Shown here piece after piece: positions 40,549 through 50,896 of a DNA stretch of 64,000 nucleotides. Source of the stretch: Candidatus Hydrogenedentota bacterium (GTDB taxonomy: Bacteria > Hydrogenedentota > Hydrogenedentia > Hydrogenedentales > SLHB01); contig CAXXYE010000008.1 in NCBI GenBank assembly GCA_963674865.2, positions 480,001 to 544,000 on the forward strand. The letters run 5' to 3'. The notes beneath the pieces are model-generated. The model saw nothing but the letters and a program-made list of their open reading frames with translations. It did no database searches and was not told the DNA's origin. The position numbers were made by a program, and so were the translations under genes. Each line of letters starts with the position of its first letter. Position 1 is the stretch's first letter.

Positions 40549-40679
40549 ACTCGGCCTTTCAATGTGTTCTTGCGCGCGTATCTGTCTAATCGGTCAGAGA
40601 TTAGCGCATTTCGTGTGGCCATTGCACCCATACGCCGTCGGTAGGCCGGATCTGCAAGAACTCCCGGCGAGCAGGACGC

Positions 40680-43073
40680 TCAGAACTGGACATGCCAAGT
40701 CACGGCTGCGGCCTCGGCGCAATGCAGGGCCATCTGCAGGACCCGGCCGTCCATGGCCGTCGACACCGGCCCCGTCGATGACACGACCTCCTTGAACTCG
40801 TAGGATTCAGGCACGAGCACCCGTGGGTGGTAATCGGTGTCGGAAATGCCGTCGAACGTCACGGTGAGGCGCTTGTTCTGCGCGTCCCACTGCACCTCCC
40901 GCAGGTCGGTTGCACCTTGGCTGAAGTGGCTATCCGTGGCGAGAAACATGGGGCGGTCGAGGTAGGGCCGCAGCCCGAGCAGGCGGACGCTGCCCGGTGG
41001 CACTTCGACGTTCAGGCGGCCGCGCGCGATGCCGTGGTACTTGTCGCGCCAGAAGTTGTACACCGTGTAGTAGTCCCTGGGATTAAGGCCCAGGCGGGTG
41101 AAATCCACCGTGATAGTGGCCGGGGCGCCCTCATTCCAGTTGAAAAGGCCGACGAGGTGCCACTCGCCCGCGCGGGATGTGATGGGGAGCGACCAGATTC
41201 GCGGGTCCTCTCGCTCGAACAGGTCGATGGGCACGGCGGGCCGCCGGCATACGGGAAGGAGGCGCCGAAGAAGGCCGATTTCGACTTCCGTCAGGTTTTC
41301 GGGGCGCTCGCCGAAGGTGACTACGCCGCCGGAGAGGGCTGCGGCCGTCAACCATGCGATCTTCTGTTCGGTGGTGAGTTTGGGGGCGTCATCCAGGCCC
41401 CACCGCGCGAGCGTAGCGGCGCGTCCAAAGTGCACGCAGCCAGGGTCGAGCGTCCATAGGAAGGGGGCGGAGTAGAATCGGAGGGACACCTCCGCCATCG
41501 CTTCGACGCAACCTGAATGCGAGTTGTCCACGGCGCGCCAGGACGGCGCCGTTGGCAGTCCCGTGGGGACGACATCCGCGTTCAGTAGAGAGAACGGCTG
41601 CGTTCCTTGGGCGAGCAGGAGGCGGTTAGGGCCGACGGCCTCCCGCATGATGTTCATGGCCGCGTTCTCGACTTGCGCATCCGTGAGCGTCGCGTCGTGA
41701 AAGGATGCCGCAAGACTCAGGCGCCCCAGCGAACCGCCCTCAATGACCGCGTCAAATCCCCACGCTGACGTGACCTTGTTCAACAGCTCGCGGAGGTATG
41801 CCGCGGCCCCGGGGACGGTTATGTCGAGGATGCGTTCGTCCGGCTCCAGCCCGCTCGCTGATTCTTTCGGCATGGCTAGCCATTCCGGATGCTGCTCAGC
41901 CACGGGCGTGCCGGCCCGGACGGAGAAGGGGGCGAGCCACAGGCCCGCCGTCATGCCGCGTTCATGGATTTGGTCGGCGAGCCATTTCATGCCGTTGGGG
42001 AATCGCTGAGGATCGGGTTCCCAATCGCCTTCGGCGCGCTGCCATCCCTCGCCGACGGTGAAGTGGGTCCATCCGTACCGCTTCAGGTGCGTGTCGACAG
42101 CGTCCAGCGACTGGAGGAGCGCGGCCTCGGAGATATCGGCGCCGAGATCCGAGGACCAGGAGTCCCATCCGTGTGGGAGAAAGGAGGTCTTGTGCTCGGC
42201 CTGCTTGATATCCGCGACCGCGCGAGTGAATCGCTCCAAGCCTTCAAAAGGACTCTCCTCGGCGATCCTGATATACAACCACTCCGAGGCCAGCCCATCG
42301 CCGGGGGCCACCTCGATGGCCGGCTCGTAGTGACACACGGCCCGGAAGCTCTCGAATGAGAGAACCGGGGCCGTCTCGCGGCGGGCCAGAAGTATCTCCG
42401 TCCGCGCGGTGTCGCCGGTGAGGAATCCGGTGATGAGCGACTGGGACGTGACGGGATTGAAGGCGGCCACATGCCACTGCGCCGTCGCCTCATTTGTCGA
42501 AAGGCCCGTCGAAGTAGGATACTCGGCGTTCGTCTGGCTTCCGGAAAGGAGAATGGTTTGGTCGGTGTTAGGCCCCAGGGACAGCGAGCCTTTCTTCGGC
42601 TCGCCGACGCACCACGGCATAAGGGCCTTCACGCGAACGGGTTGGCGGCGGTTGTTGATGAACCGGGCTTGCACCGCGAAGAACGGCTTGGCCGGATAGC
42701 TTTTGATAGTCCACTCGCAGTCCTTGTAGCTGAAGATCATCCCGTGCCCCTCGCCGAGGCGGTCGTTGACGGGCACGCGGGCCGACTTGCGGCCCCGGAC
42801 GGCGAGGGGACGAGGCTCGTCCTCCCCCTCGAGCCAAACCATGGGATAGGCATCATCGAACACGACCTGCCCCGAGATAAGGCGCAGGTCGATGTGGCCA
42901 TTCTGCTGAATACTCAGCTCGTAGAAGCCGGAATTCATGGTGCGAAATTCGCGCCGGGGATGGAGTTGTGCTGTCGCGGGGAGGGCGGCGGCGAGAACAA
43001 GCGCCCACACGAGCGCGATTGCTGTGGCTCGAATCAGGGAAAGCTGATGAACGCGGCGTGCGCTGAAGGTCAC
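40680..43073 (-). CDS. Secreted GH36/GH27 alpha-galactosidase-like protein, catalytic motifs degenerate
   Basis: Signal peptide; GWDSW, GDWEPDPQRFPNGMKWLADQIHERGMTAGLWLAPF, HPEWL, LDIT.PGA, DPG, GLFNW; canonical DDGW, KxD and RxxxD not found. Confidence 0.78.
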   Translation of the reverse strand: MTFSARRVHQLSLIRATAIALVWALVLAAALPATAQLHPRREFRTMNSGFYELSIQQNGHIDLRLISGQVVFDDAYPMVWLEGEDEPRPLAVRGRKSARVPVNDRLGEGHGMIFSYKDCEWTIKSYPAKPFFAVQARFINNRRQPVRVKALMPWCVGEPKKGSLSLGPNTDQTILLSGSQTNAEYPTSTGLSTNEATAQWHVAAFNPVTSQSLITGFLTGDTARTEILLARRETAPVLSFESFRAVCHYEPAIEVAPGDGLASEWLYIRIAEESPFEGLERFTRAVADIKQAEHKTSFLPHGWDSWSSDLGADISEAALLQSLDAVDTHLKRYGWTHFTVGEGWQRAEGDWEPDPQRFPNGMKWLADQIHERGMTAGLWLAPFSVRAGTPVAEQHPEWLAMPKESASGLEPDERILDITVPGAAAYLRELLNKVTSAWGFDAVIEGGSLGRLSLAASFHDATLTDAQVENAAMNIMREAVGPNRLLLAQGTQPFSLLNADVVPTGLPTAPSWRAVDNSHSGCVEAMAEVSLRFYSAPFLWTLDPGCVHFGRAATLARWGLDDAPKLTTEQKIAWLTAAALSGGVVTFGERPENLTEVEIGLLRRLLPVCRRPAVPIDLFEREDPRIWSLPITSRAGEWHLVGLFNWNEGAPATITVDFTRLGLNPRDYYTVYNFWRDKYHGIARGRLNVEVPPGSVRLLGLRPYLDRPMFLATDSHFSQGATDLREVQWDAQNKRLTVTFDGISDTDYHPRVLVPESYEFKEVVSSTGPVSTAMDGRVLQMALHCAEAAAVTWHVQF

Positions 43074-43333
43074 GTTGTTCTCCTTTTGCCCAAGAACGCG
43101 GCTTTTGGTTCGTTTTGCCCACCTCGCCGCGCGGTGTGCCGCGAGGAACTGACAGGATCCCTTGGATCAATGCCCTTGAGTGCCTTGGCGGTTCCAGGCG
43201 CATTGGCTTGATAGGGCGAATACGGCCGCCCGGGGCCGCCTGGCATATCGAGCAACCTTGCACGAGGTTACCACAACCGTGCGCGGGGATTCAGGCAGGC
43301 TGGGGGCGCTTGCGGCTGCGCCTATGCGGCCCC

Positions 43334-44008
43334 TCAGGCGCGTTCCGCCGCGAAGTACCGGCAGAGGCGTTTGAGGACGCAGCCGGGGCATTCCGGATTG
43401 CGGGGATGGCAGGTGCGGCGTCCGTGGGCGATAAGGTTCATGTGCAGCGGATAGCACCGGCCCTTGGGAATGAGGGGCGGGATATGCTCGTGGGCCTTAT
43501 CGGGGGACATTTTCGGCGGGATGAGCCCCAAGCGGCCAAGGACGCGGTAGACGTGCGTATCGATGGGAAACGCGTCGCGCGCGAGCGAAAAGAGGAGCAC
43601 GCAGCGGGCCGTCTTGTAGCCTACGCCGTCGAGACTGAGGAGATACTGCTCCACCTCTTCGTCGCGCATGTTGCGCAGGTGGCCCAGGCTGAGGTCGCCA
43701 TGCTCATCCAGGGAGCGGAGAATGCGCTGGATCCGCCGGCTCTTGACCTTCGCCAGGCCGCCGGGGCGGAGGGCCGCTTCAAGCTTTCCTATCGGCGCGT
43801 TCATAGCATCGCGCCAGGATGGGAAGGCGTTTCGCATGGCCGCGTACGCCCGGTGGCTGTTGGTGTCGCTCGTATTCTGAGAAAGGATGGTGCCCACAAG
43901 CGCGTCGAGAGGCGCGGAAGGCGCCCGCGGCGCAGGAAAGCCGTAGGCCTTCTCGAGCAAGGCGTCAATCCGCTTCACTCTATGACGGAGCCGGCTTGCC
44001 GATTCCAA
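43334..44008 (-). CDS. Endonuclease III-related HhH-GPD DNA glycosylase
   Basis: ILSQNTSD, LDGVGYKTA (HhH), PIDTHVYR, C-x6-C-x2-C-x5-C Fe-S motif. Confidence 0.92.
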   Translation of the reverse strand: MESASRLRHRVKRIDALLEKAYGFPAPRAPSAPLDALVGTILSQNTSDTNSHRAYAAMRNAFPSWRDAMNAPIGKLEAALRPGGLAKVKSRRIQRILRSLDEHGDLSLGHLRNMRDEEVEQYLLSLDGVGYKTARCVLLFSLARDAFPIDTHVYRVLGRLGLIPPKMSPDKAHEHIPPLIPKGRCYPLHMNLIAHGRRTCHPRNPECPGCVLKRLCRYFAAERA

Positions 44009-44035
44009 TTATCTGCCCGCTGTCCCGCGCAACAG

Positions 44036-45064
44036 CTACGTGATGGCGATGCGCCTGCCCGTCTTGCTTGACTTATAGGCGGCCAAAGCGACCTCGAGGG
44101 CGGCGCGTCCGGCCTTGCCGTTCATGGTGAGCTTTTCCTTGCCCATCACGATGTCCATCCAGTAGCCGATCTCGATGGCCCATCCGTTTCGCGTAGGTTT
44201 GTCATCGAGCATCTTCCATGTGCTGCTGCTATCCGAGCCGGCCGATGCCTTGCCTCCGACCATCTGCAAGCCTTTGTGGTAGTCGCAGATCAGGGAGCCT
44301 TCTTTGCAGTAGATCTCAAGGCCGCTGAAGCCGGGCTTGCTCGTCCAGCCCGCTTCGATATAGCCGAGGGCGCCATTCTTGAACTCGAGGAGCATCAGGG
44401 AATTGTCATCCACGGGGATCTTCTTGAAGAGGGTGACGGTTTTGGCGCTCACCGCCGACACCGCGCCGAATAGCCAGAGGGTGAGGTCCAGCGCATGGAT
44501 GCCCATGTCGAGCATCGCGCCGCCTGCCGCGATCTTCGGATCGTAGAATGACTTCGGATCCTTGGCCCAGCCCGGATAGGGGCCGCCATGGGCGAAGCGG
44601 ACGCGGATCATGAAGGGCTTTCCGAGCGCCTTCTTCATGAGCAGCTCCTTGCACTTCGCCGGGCCGGTGAACAGCCGGTGCGTGAATCCCACCATGAGCT
44701 TCTTTCGGGAGGTCTTCGCCGCGGCGATCATCTTGTCCGCTTCGGCAAGGGTCGCGGCCATGGGCTTCTCGCAAAGCACATGGCAACCCGCTTCGAGGGC
44801 GGCGATGGCCGCGGGGGCGTGAAACTTGTTCGGCGTGCACACACTGACGACATCGAGCTTCTCCTTGGCGAGCATCTTCTTGAAATCTCGATAGCCCTTC
44901 ATTTCCGGATGGCTCTCGGCCAATTCCTTATGCCGCGCCTCGGAAATATCGGCGAACGCGACGAGTTGCGCGTTGGGATGCTTGGCATAGCCGGGAATGT
45001 GGTTATGCTGTGCGATGGAACCTGTGCCGATGACACCTATCCGATATAACTTCTTGGGAGCCAT
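44036..45064 (-). CDS. Gfo/Idh/MocA-family oxidoreductase
   Basis: IGVIGTGSIA, CTPN..H, CEKPMA, GGAMLDMGIH; ATG 45064 with AGGAG RBS. Confidence 0.93.
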   Translation of the reverse strand: MAPKKLYRIGVIGTGSIAQHNHIPGYAKHPNAQLVAFADISEARHKELAESHPEMKGYRDFKKMLAKEKLDVVSVCTPNKFHAPAAIAALEAGCHVLCEKPMAATLAEADKMIAAAKTSRKKLMVGFTHRLFTGPAKCKELLMKKALGKPFMIRVRFAHGGPYPGWAKDPKSFYDPKIAAGGAMLDMGIHALDLTLWLFGAVSAVSAKTVTLFKKIPVDDNSLMLLEFKNGALGYIEAGWTSKPGFSGLEIYCKEGSLICDYHKGLQMVGGKASAGSDSSSTWKMLDDKPTRNGWAIEIGYWMDIVMGKEKLTMNGKAGRAALEVALAAYKSSKTGRRIAIT

Positions 45065-45165
45065 GAAAAATCTCCTTTCACAAGACGAATGCGAGCTCGC
45101 GCTGAGTCTAGCGTGGGCGTGGGCATGGTTCAACCCTGATAGGGCGTGGTGTCTCGGGAAACGAT

Positions 45166-48100
45166 CTAAGGGGCGGTTAGGATGCGCGTGACGACGTGTT
45201 GGACATCGAGAGCGTCGATGGCGCCGTCTTCGTCGAAGTCGGCGCGGTCGTCGTAGTCGGTTACGCCGAGGGCCATATTGATGACTGTCTGGAGGTCGGC
45301 GCTGGTGACCTGGCCGTCACCGTCCATATCACCCAGGGGCCAATCGGGGCGGTCCTGATAGTGGTAGGGGCTGGTGCCCGCGGCTTCCTCGTCCTCGTTG
45401 GTGAAGCCGTCATTGTCGATATCGAGGTCGATGGCGTCGATGAATCCATCGGCGTCGGTATCCGGCGGCTGCTCCTCGTCGCTGACGCCGTCCCCGTCGC
45501 GATCATCGTCTTCGCCGTCAAGTGTCCCGTCGTTGTCGTCATCCGTATCGTAGTAGCTGCAGATACCGTCCTCGTCCGGGTCCTGAACCTGGAATGCATC
45601 GAGCCAGCCATCGCCCAAGACATCGGAATCCTCCTCGTTAAGCACGCCGTCGTTGTCGCTGTCGGTGTCCTCGTCGTCCATGAGGCCGTCGCCATCGGCG
45701 TCCGAAAGGGTGTAGATGGCCGACCCCGTGAGCTCTGCGTCCGCCTGGGTGAATGTCCCGAGGTTTTTGACGGTATTTGCGAAGGCGGGGAACAACGCTG
45801 TCTCCCCGGCCTGCGCGTCGAACACGGCCGAGGCCAGGAACGTCTCGTTGGCGTCGGCGTCGCGTTCGACCACCGACAGCACGTATGCGCTCGCGGGAAC
45901 GTCCACCTGGAAGGCGCCGGTATCGGCGGAAGCCGTTGCGCGGAACACGCGGCCGCGGGCGTCGGCCAACACCACGGTCTTTCCGTAGAGGGAGGCGGGC
46001 AGCACGCCCTGGACTGTTGACTCGGGGATGGCGGCGGCGTCCGCCGATCGCTCCGCCCACGCGTACGGATCGATCCACAGGCTGCGGACGCCCGTCGCCG
46101 AGCCGGCGTCGAGCGTGTCGCCGATGAAGACGGGGCCTGGCGGCCCGGAGGATGTAGACGCTGTCGGGCTGTCATCCTCACCTGTGGGGAAGGCGTCCTG
46201 CCCCCACAGTCCGGCGAACCGGAGCCAAGCCGTGGGCCTTGCCTCGCTCAGGCGCGTCAAGGCTTCGAGTTCGAGCGCCTGGACGTCGGGATAGTCCGTT
46301 TGGATGGCCGTCGCGCCGTCGGTGGCGGGCAGCATCCATAGGCCGAGGCCGTCGTGAACTTCGGAGCCGGAGGTATAGCGCGTCGCGCCCGGACGCAGAT
46401 ACAAGGAATGGCCCCCGCCGCCGACGTAGGCGACGGGATGTGTGTCATCGAGCCGCTCCACGTCGGCCCAATCGGCGCTGACACCCCCGTCGAGACCGAG
46501 GTCCCGCGCCATGAGCCACTGCTGCGTCGCGGTGACGCGGTAGGGAACAGCGTCCTCGTCCAGGAGGATTTGAAGGACTTCCCAGTCGCCTTCGTGGCGG
46601 TGTCCGCCGGCTGTCGAGGCGCCCCACTCATCCGCGAAGAAATGGATGTAATACTGGAGCACGATGTGTGAGGCGTCCGCGCCGCTCTCGGCCGAGCTGT
46701 CTCCGACGGCCGTTGCCGTGTAGTAGATGGCGGGCGTGTAGTCCGACGCTTGGCCCGTGTAGGCCGTGTGAAGTTCCTCCACGGTGGCTGCGTCCAGATC
46801 AACGCGGGACTCGACCTGGTGCGCCTGGCTCAGGTCGCGCGGCACCGGTGCGATGGGCAATGAGCGTCCGTTGCCGATATGCAGGGAGGCCGCCGCCAAG
46901 GTCAATTCAACCGGCATGGGCGCATAGAACTCGTCGCGGTGCAGCTTGAGCACCGGCGCGTATTCGAGGGCGAGGGACTCCGCGGATTTCTCCGACGCCA
47001 GCGTCTCGTGCACGTCGCAAACGAAGGTGGCTGTTAGCGTCTCGTCGACTCCCGCGCCGTTGGATAGGCGGAAGGCGAAGGCGCCGAAGGCCGTCGCCGG
47101 GGTGACGGGCGTTTCCGGCGTGACCTCGATGGTGAAGGCGTGGTTGCCCTGAGCCAAGGGCCCGCCCGTCAGGTCGGGGGCGTCACACGCCCACCCGGGC
47201 GGTGGATTCCAGCCCGTAGTTGCGGGGGCGTTCAGGTTGAGGGAGAAGGCTGCCTCCTCGGCCACGGCGATGTGGATGGTGACGGACTCGGCGACGCCTT
47301 CCGCAAAGGCGTCGTATTCAATGCGGACAATGCCGCTCGGAGGCGTGCTGGCCGCGCTGGCGCCATCCGAGTTCAAGAACCATTCCGAGCCGTCGTCGAA
47401 TCCGTCCCCGTCGGTATCGGCCACGAGCGGGTCGGTTTCGTCGGCGTCCACGTGTCCGTCCCCGTCGAGGTCCTCCTGGGGATCCGTCAGCCCGTCGTCG
47501 TCGGTGTCGGCGTTGGTGGGATCCGTCCCTCGCACGTATTCCTCGAGATTGGTGAGGCCATCGTTATCCGGGTCGCCCTGGCCGCCGTTATCGCCGTCCG
47601 CGTCGAAGGGGTCAAGCCCGTAGGCGAACTCGAAATCGTTGGGCAGCCCGTCCTCGTCGTCATCCGAAGAGCCGCCGTCAATTCGCATGCAGTACACCTG
47701 GAGTGTGAAGTGGCGCGCGTCGATCCAGGCTGCGAAGAACTCGTTCTCGTTCGGATTGTGGGCGAGGGCGGGCAAGTTCTGATCGCCGCCGCCCGTCGGG
47801 AACACCTCCGCCTCGGCGAGATAATAGCCGTGGCTGGTCACACGGCGGACGCTCACCTCGGTGGGGAAGGGGCTGTAGTCCGCCCATCCCAGCAGGTAGA
47901 GGAGGGACAGTTCGGAGAAGGCCAGCGCCGGCCAGTGAAGCTCGCCTTCGACCCCGGCGACGGACTGCGTTGTCACGGTTGTCGGGTCCTCCCCGGCGGC
48001 AAAGCGGGCGAGCAGGATCTCCGGCCCCGTGCCCGTGCCGTCATCGCACTCCCAGGCCACGGCCCATTCGCCCGCTGGCGCGTTGAAAACGACGGCCGGC

Positions 48101-50736
48101 TCTTCGTGAGCGCCCGAAGTGTCAAGCAAGGCGAATTCCGAGCCGAGAGGCAAACCCGTGGCGGCGTCAACACGCCGCGCATGGATGCGCGATTCCGATG
48201 CCTTTTCCTCGGTGATGGGATCAGTCCAAACGACGAGGTACTCCATGTGCTCGGAGTCGTAGGCGAGTGCCGGCTGAAGCTGGTCGGTTTCGGTGAGGGT
48301 GATTGCGGTGTCGCCAATCGCGTCGCGTGTCGACGCATCGAAGCGGGCCAGGCGGATATCGAAGTACTCCGTTTCCGAACTGGCATATGCGACGGCCACC
48401 TCCCCCCGATCCGGATTGTAGACGGCGGCGGGAGATTCCTGGCTGCCCGGGCCGGCGGCGATGCCGAAGGTGAACGTGGTCGTGCCGTCGAGCAATCCGA
48501 TGGCGTGGCCATACACGCTGGCCATGCCTGTGGACGAGGAGCGCTGCTCCCAAATGACCCAGAAACCTTCCTGGAGCGGATTGGCAATGATGCAGGAGTT
48601 TGTAGCTATGCCGAGGGCCGTGGGGGATACCATGACGCGTTCGTCGAGCGGGTAGGCTTCCTCATCCAGGATGGTGGCCATGATCGCGCTGTTCTCAGTC
48701 CAGGATACCGCGAACCGTGACGAATCCGCGTCGAAGGCTGTTGCCGGGTCGAGCTGACGCCCGCTCGACCTGGAGATCGCGAAAGGCACGCCCACGTCGC
48801 GCTTCGGATCGATGTAAAGGGAGACGGCCACATCCACGTCCTCATCAGCGCCGACGGCGGAGACTTGCACCGTGCCCGTGTAAGCGGTGTCCGAAGAGGC
48901 GAGGCCCTCAGCATCGACCGTGATTTCGGCGGAGCCGGGCTCCGCGCCGCTTTTCGGATCCACGGAAAGCCACGAGGCCGACGGCGTGGCCGACCACGTG
49001 AGGACAGGGCTCGTCAGGTTGGATATGGCGACTGTCTGTGCGGCCGGGGCCGGGCCGCCCTCGATGGCCTCGAAGGTCAGCGACGCAGGCGACACGCTCA
49101 ATACGGGCTGGGGATAGGAAAGCTCGACGGAGACGGAGATCTCTCGCGGGCTGTCCGCCATGCCGGGCGCCGTGATGGTGACGGCGCCGGTGTAAGGACT
49201 GCCCTCGACTGTGAAGCCGGTTGTATCGATGGCGACGGCCAACTGCCCGCTCCCGAAGGTTTCCTCGGGAGAGACGCTGATCCATGTTTGCGACGCCGAG
49301 GCGGACCACCGGAAAAACGGGTTGTCCTCGTTCGTGATGGTGAGCGTCTGGGAGGGAGGTGTTTCGCCCTCCTGCAGGCCCGTAAGGGCGATCTGTTCAG
49401 GCGCAACCGAGAAGACGTTATTGGGCTCGAGCGGCTCGGGATCGACCCCATCCGGGAGGCCATCGGCGTCCGAATCCGGGTCGTCGGGATCGGTTTGCAG
49501 TTCATACTCATCGCTGTCGTGGAGGGCGTCGCCATCGCGGTCCCAGGCGGTGGGGGTGCCGCCGCCCGTCCGAACCCAGAACTGCATCCAGGCTTCCCCT
49601 TCGCCGTCGTCCTCCACGCTGCCGCCATCTTTCGTGAGCACAGCAAGGTCGCCGTCGCCCGACAGCGTGCCTTCAACCTCCGAGTGACCGTCGAGGTAGA
49701 ACGTGCCGGACGTGTTGACGTCGATATGGCCGGAGAAGTCCTCGGTTGCGCCATTGCGCAAGATGGATCCGGTATACACGCCATTGCCCGCCGTCTGAAT
49801 CAGGCCCAGGCCCGCGACTTGGGCGTGGTCGCCTTGGACGCGCACCTCGTGGACGCGGTAGATTCCCGTGAAATCGGCCTCGGAGAGTTCTGTCGAGCGT
49901 CGAATGTACATGGCGAGGCCGACGTAGCCTACCGAGATGCCGGGATCATCGCCGGAATCAACGGCGGGCGTCTGAAAGAGCACGTCGCCTTCCGGGAGGA
50001 GCGTGGCCTGGTTGTAGCCGCCGAAGTCATCGATGGAAACATGGCCGTCCTCGTCGACCGTGTAGGCCCGGGTGAAGGCCTGGTATCCCGAGCGGAGCAG
50101 CAGCAGGTGGCCTTCCCCATCGGCAACGGCGCCGCCGAAGATATTGCGCCAGTCGCCGTCTTTCTCGGCGATGAGGGCGTGATAGCTGTAGTTCCCTTCA
50201 AAGGATAGGTTGGTGAATGGGGCGGTTCCGTATCGGACGGCGATACGAAAACCGGCGTAGCCATCGAGTATGCGCTGATCTTCATCCTCGGCCGCGTACC
50301 GCGAATGGATGATGAACGCCCCGACTTCGCCCACGGATCCGTTGAATTCACCGGCGGGATCCAGGCCGTACCGCACCCGGCCGTCGGCGGCCACCTCGTA
50401 CTCCTCCGCGTAGATTCCTTCGTCGCCGACGACGCCGACGATGCCCTCGTCGCTATTGAAGGAGCGGAGGCCGCTCAGGATCAGCCCGTGCCCGTTTAGG
50501 CGGGCGAAGGCGTCATGGATGGCGTAGGGCCCGTCGACAAGCCCCGCCGTGTAGCCCTTTTCGGACGGAGCCGTCGGCGCACCGGTATTCGATGCCGCGC
50601 CCACCGGGAGCGGCCCTGTCGGCCCGGCCAAGACCCCGAGGAGCAGCGCCAGGATTGCGCTGGGGATGATCCGCTGCACGCAGTCCATCCTACCCCTTTC
50701 CGCCTGTTCTAAACCCCTGATCTGAAGAGATTTCAT
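45166..50736 (-). CDS. Large exported multidomain surface protein (BACON-like Ig domains, Ca-binding DxDxDG repeats, Vps62-like domain, C-terminal dockerin-like domain)
   Basis: Signal-like hydrophobic segment; two W.A....W.SVSP..G repeats; many D.D.DG..D..E..GTDP repeats; YAPVLKLH...LQYY.HF...HEGDWE; GDMDGDGQV...ADFDEDGAIDALDVQ. Confidence 0.82.
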   Translation of the reverse strand: MKSLQIRGLEQAERGRMDCVQRIIPSAILALLLGVLAGPTGPLPVGAASNTGAPTAPSEKGYTAGLVDGPYAIHDAFARLNGHGLILSGLRSFNSDEGIVGVVGDEGIYAEEYEVAADGRVRYGLDPAGEFNGSVGEVGAFIIHSRYAAEDEDQRILDGYAGFRIAVRYGTAPFTNLSFEGNYSYHALIAEKDGDWRNIFGGAVADGEGHLLLLRSGYQAFTRAYTVDEDGHVSIDDFGGYNQATLLPEGDVLFQTPAVDSGDDPGISVGYVGLAMYIRRSTELSEADFTGIYRVHEVRVQGDHAQVAGLGLIQTAGNGVYTGSILRNGATEDFSGHIDVNTSGTFYLDGHSEVEGTLSGDGDLAVLTKDGGSVEDDGEGEAWMQFWVRTGGGTPTAWDRDGDALHDSDEYELQTDPDDPDSDADGLPDGVDPEPLEPNNVFSVAPEQIALTGLQEGETPPSQTLTITNEDNPFFRWSASASQTWISVSPEETFGSGQLAVAIDTTGFTVEGSPYTGAVTITAPGMADSPREISVSVELSYPQPVLSVSPASLTFEAIEGGPAPAAQTVAISNLTSPVLTWSATPSASWLSVDPKSGAEPGSAEITVDAEGLASSDTAYTGTVQVSAVGADEDVDVAVSLYIDPKRDVGVPFAISRSSGRQLDPATAFDADSSRFAVSWTENSAIMATILDEEAYPLDERVMVSPTALGIATNSCIIANPLQEGFWVIWEQRSSSTGMASVYGHAIGLLDGTTTFTFGIAAGPGSQESPAAVYNPDRGEVAVAYASSETEYFDIRLARFDASTRDAIGDTAITLTETDQLQPALAYDSEHMEYLVVWTDPITEEKASESRIHARRVDAATGLPLGSEFALLDTSGAHEEPAVVFNAPAGEWAVAWECDDGTGTGPEILLARFAAGEDPTTVTTQSVAGVEGELHWPALAFSELSLLYLLGWADYSPFPTEVSVRRVTSHGYYLAEAEVFPTGGGDQNLPALAHNPNENEFFAAWIDARHFTLQVYCMRIDGGSSDDDEDGLPNDFEFAYGLDPFDADGDNGGQGDPDNDGLTNLEEYVRGTDPTNADTDDDGLTDPQEDLDGDGHVDADETDPLVADTDGDGFDDGSEWFLNSDGASAASTPPSGIVRIEYDAFAEGVAESVTIHIAVAEEAAFSLNLNAPATTGWNPPPGWACDAPDLTGGPLAQGNHAFTIEVTPETPVTPATAFGAFAFRLSNGAGVDETLTATFVCDVHETLASEKSAESLALEYAPVLKLHRDEFYAPMPVELTLAAASLHIGNGRSLPIAPVPRDLSQAHQVESRVDLDAATVEELHTAYTGQASDYTPAIYYTATAVGDSSAESGADASHIVLQYYIHFFADEWGASTAGGHRHEGDWEVLQILLDEDAVPYRVTATQQWLMARDLGLDGGVSADWADVERLDDTHPVAYVGGGGHSLYLRPGATRYTSGSEVHDGLGLWMLPATDGATAIQTDYPDVQALELEALTRLSEARPTAWLRFAGLWGQDAFPTGEDDSPTASTSSGPPGPVFIGDTLDAGSATGVRSLWIDPYAWAERSADAAAIPESTVQGVLPASLYGKTVVLADARGRVFRATASADTGAFQVDVPASAYVLSVVERDADANETFLASAVFDAQAGETALFPAFANTVKNLGTFTQADAELTGSAIYTLSDADGDGLMDDEDTDSDNDGVLNEEDSDVLGDGWLDAFQVQDPDEDGICSYYDTDDDNDGTLDGEDDDRDGDGVSDEEQPPDTDADGFIDAIDLDIDNDGFTNEDEEAAGTSPYHYQDRPDWPLGDMDGDGQVTSADLQTVINMALGVTDYDDRADFDEDGAIDALDVQHVVTRILTAP

Positions 50737-50896
50737 GGTATCACCGCCCCAGAAGGGGGTCAATTCCGCAGATTGCCGGGAACGCCGCGAAAGGCGCCTT
50801 GGATCGTACAAAACACCCGCCAATCCCGTTACAATGGAAGCGGCCGGCGGCGGTGTTTGCCGGCAGCAAGTGTTTCGTGAGAAGGGAGTTGTGCTC

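Noticed and set aside
45380..49540. Repetitive gtcgtc/gccgtc-rich tracts as a possible CRISPR or tandem DNA repeat
   Set aside because: They encode Asp-rich DxDxDG protein repeats; there is no constant repeat with unique spacers and no cas gene.
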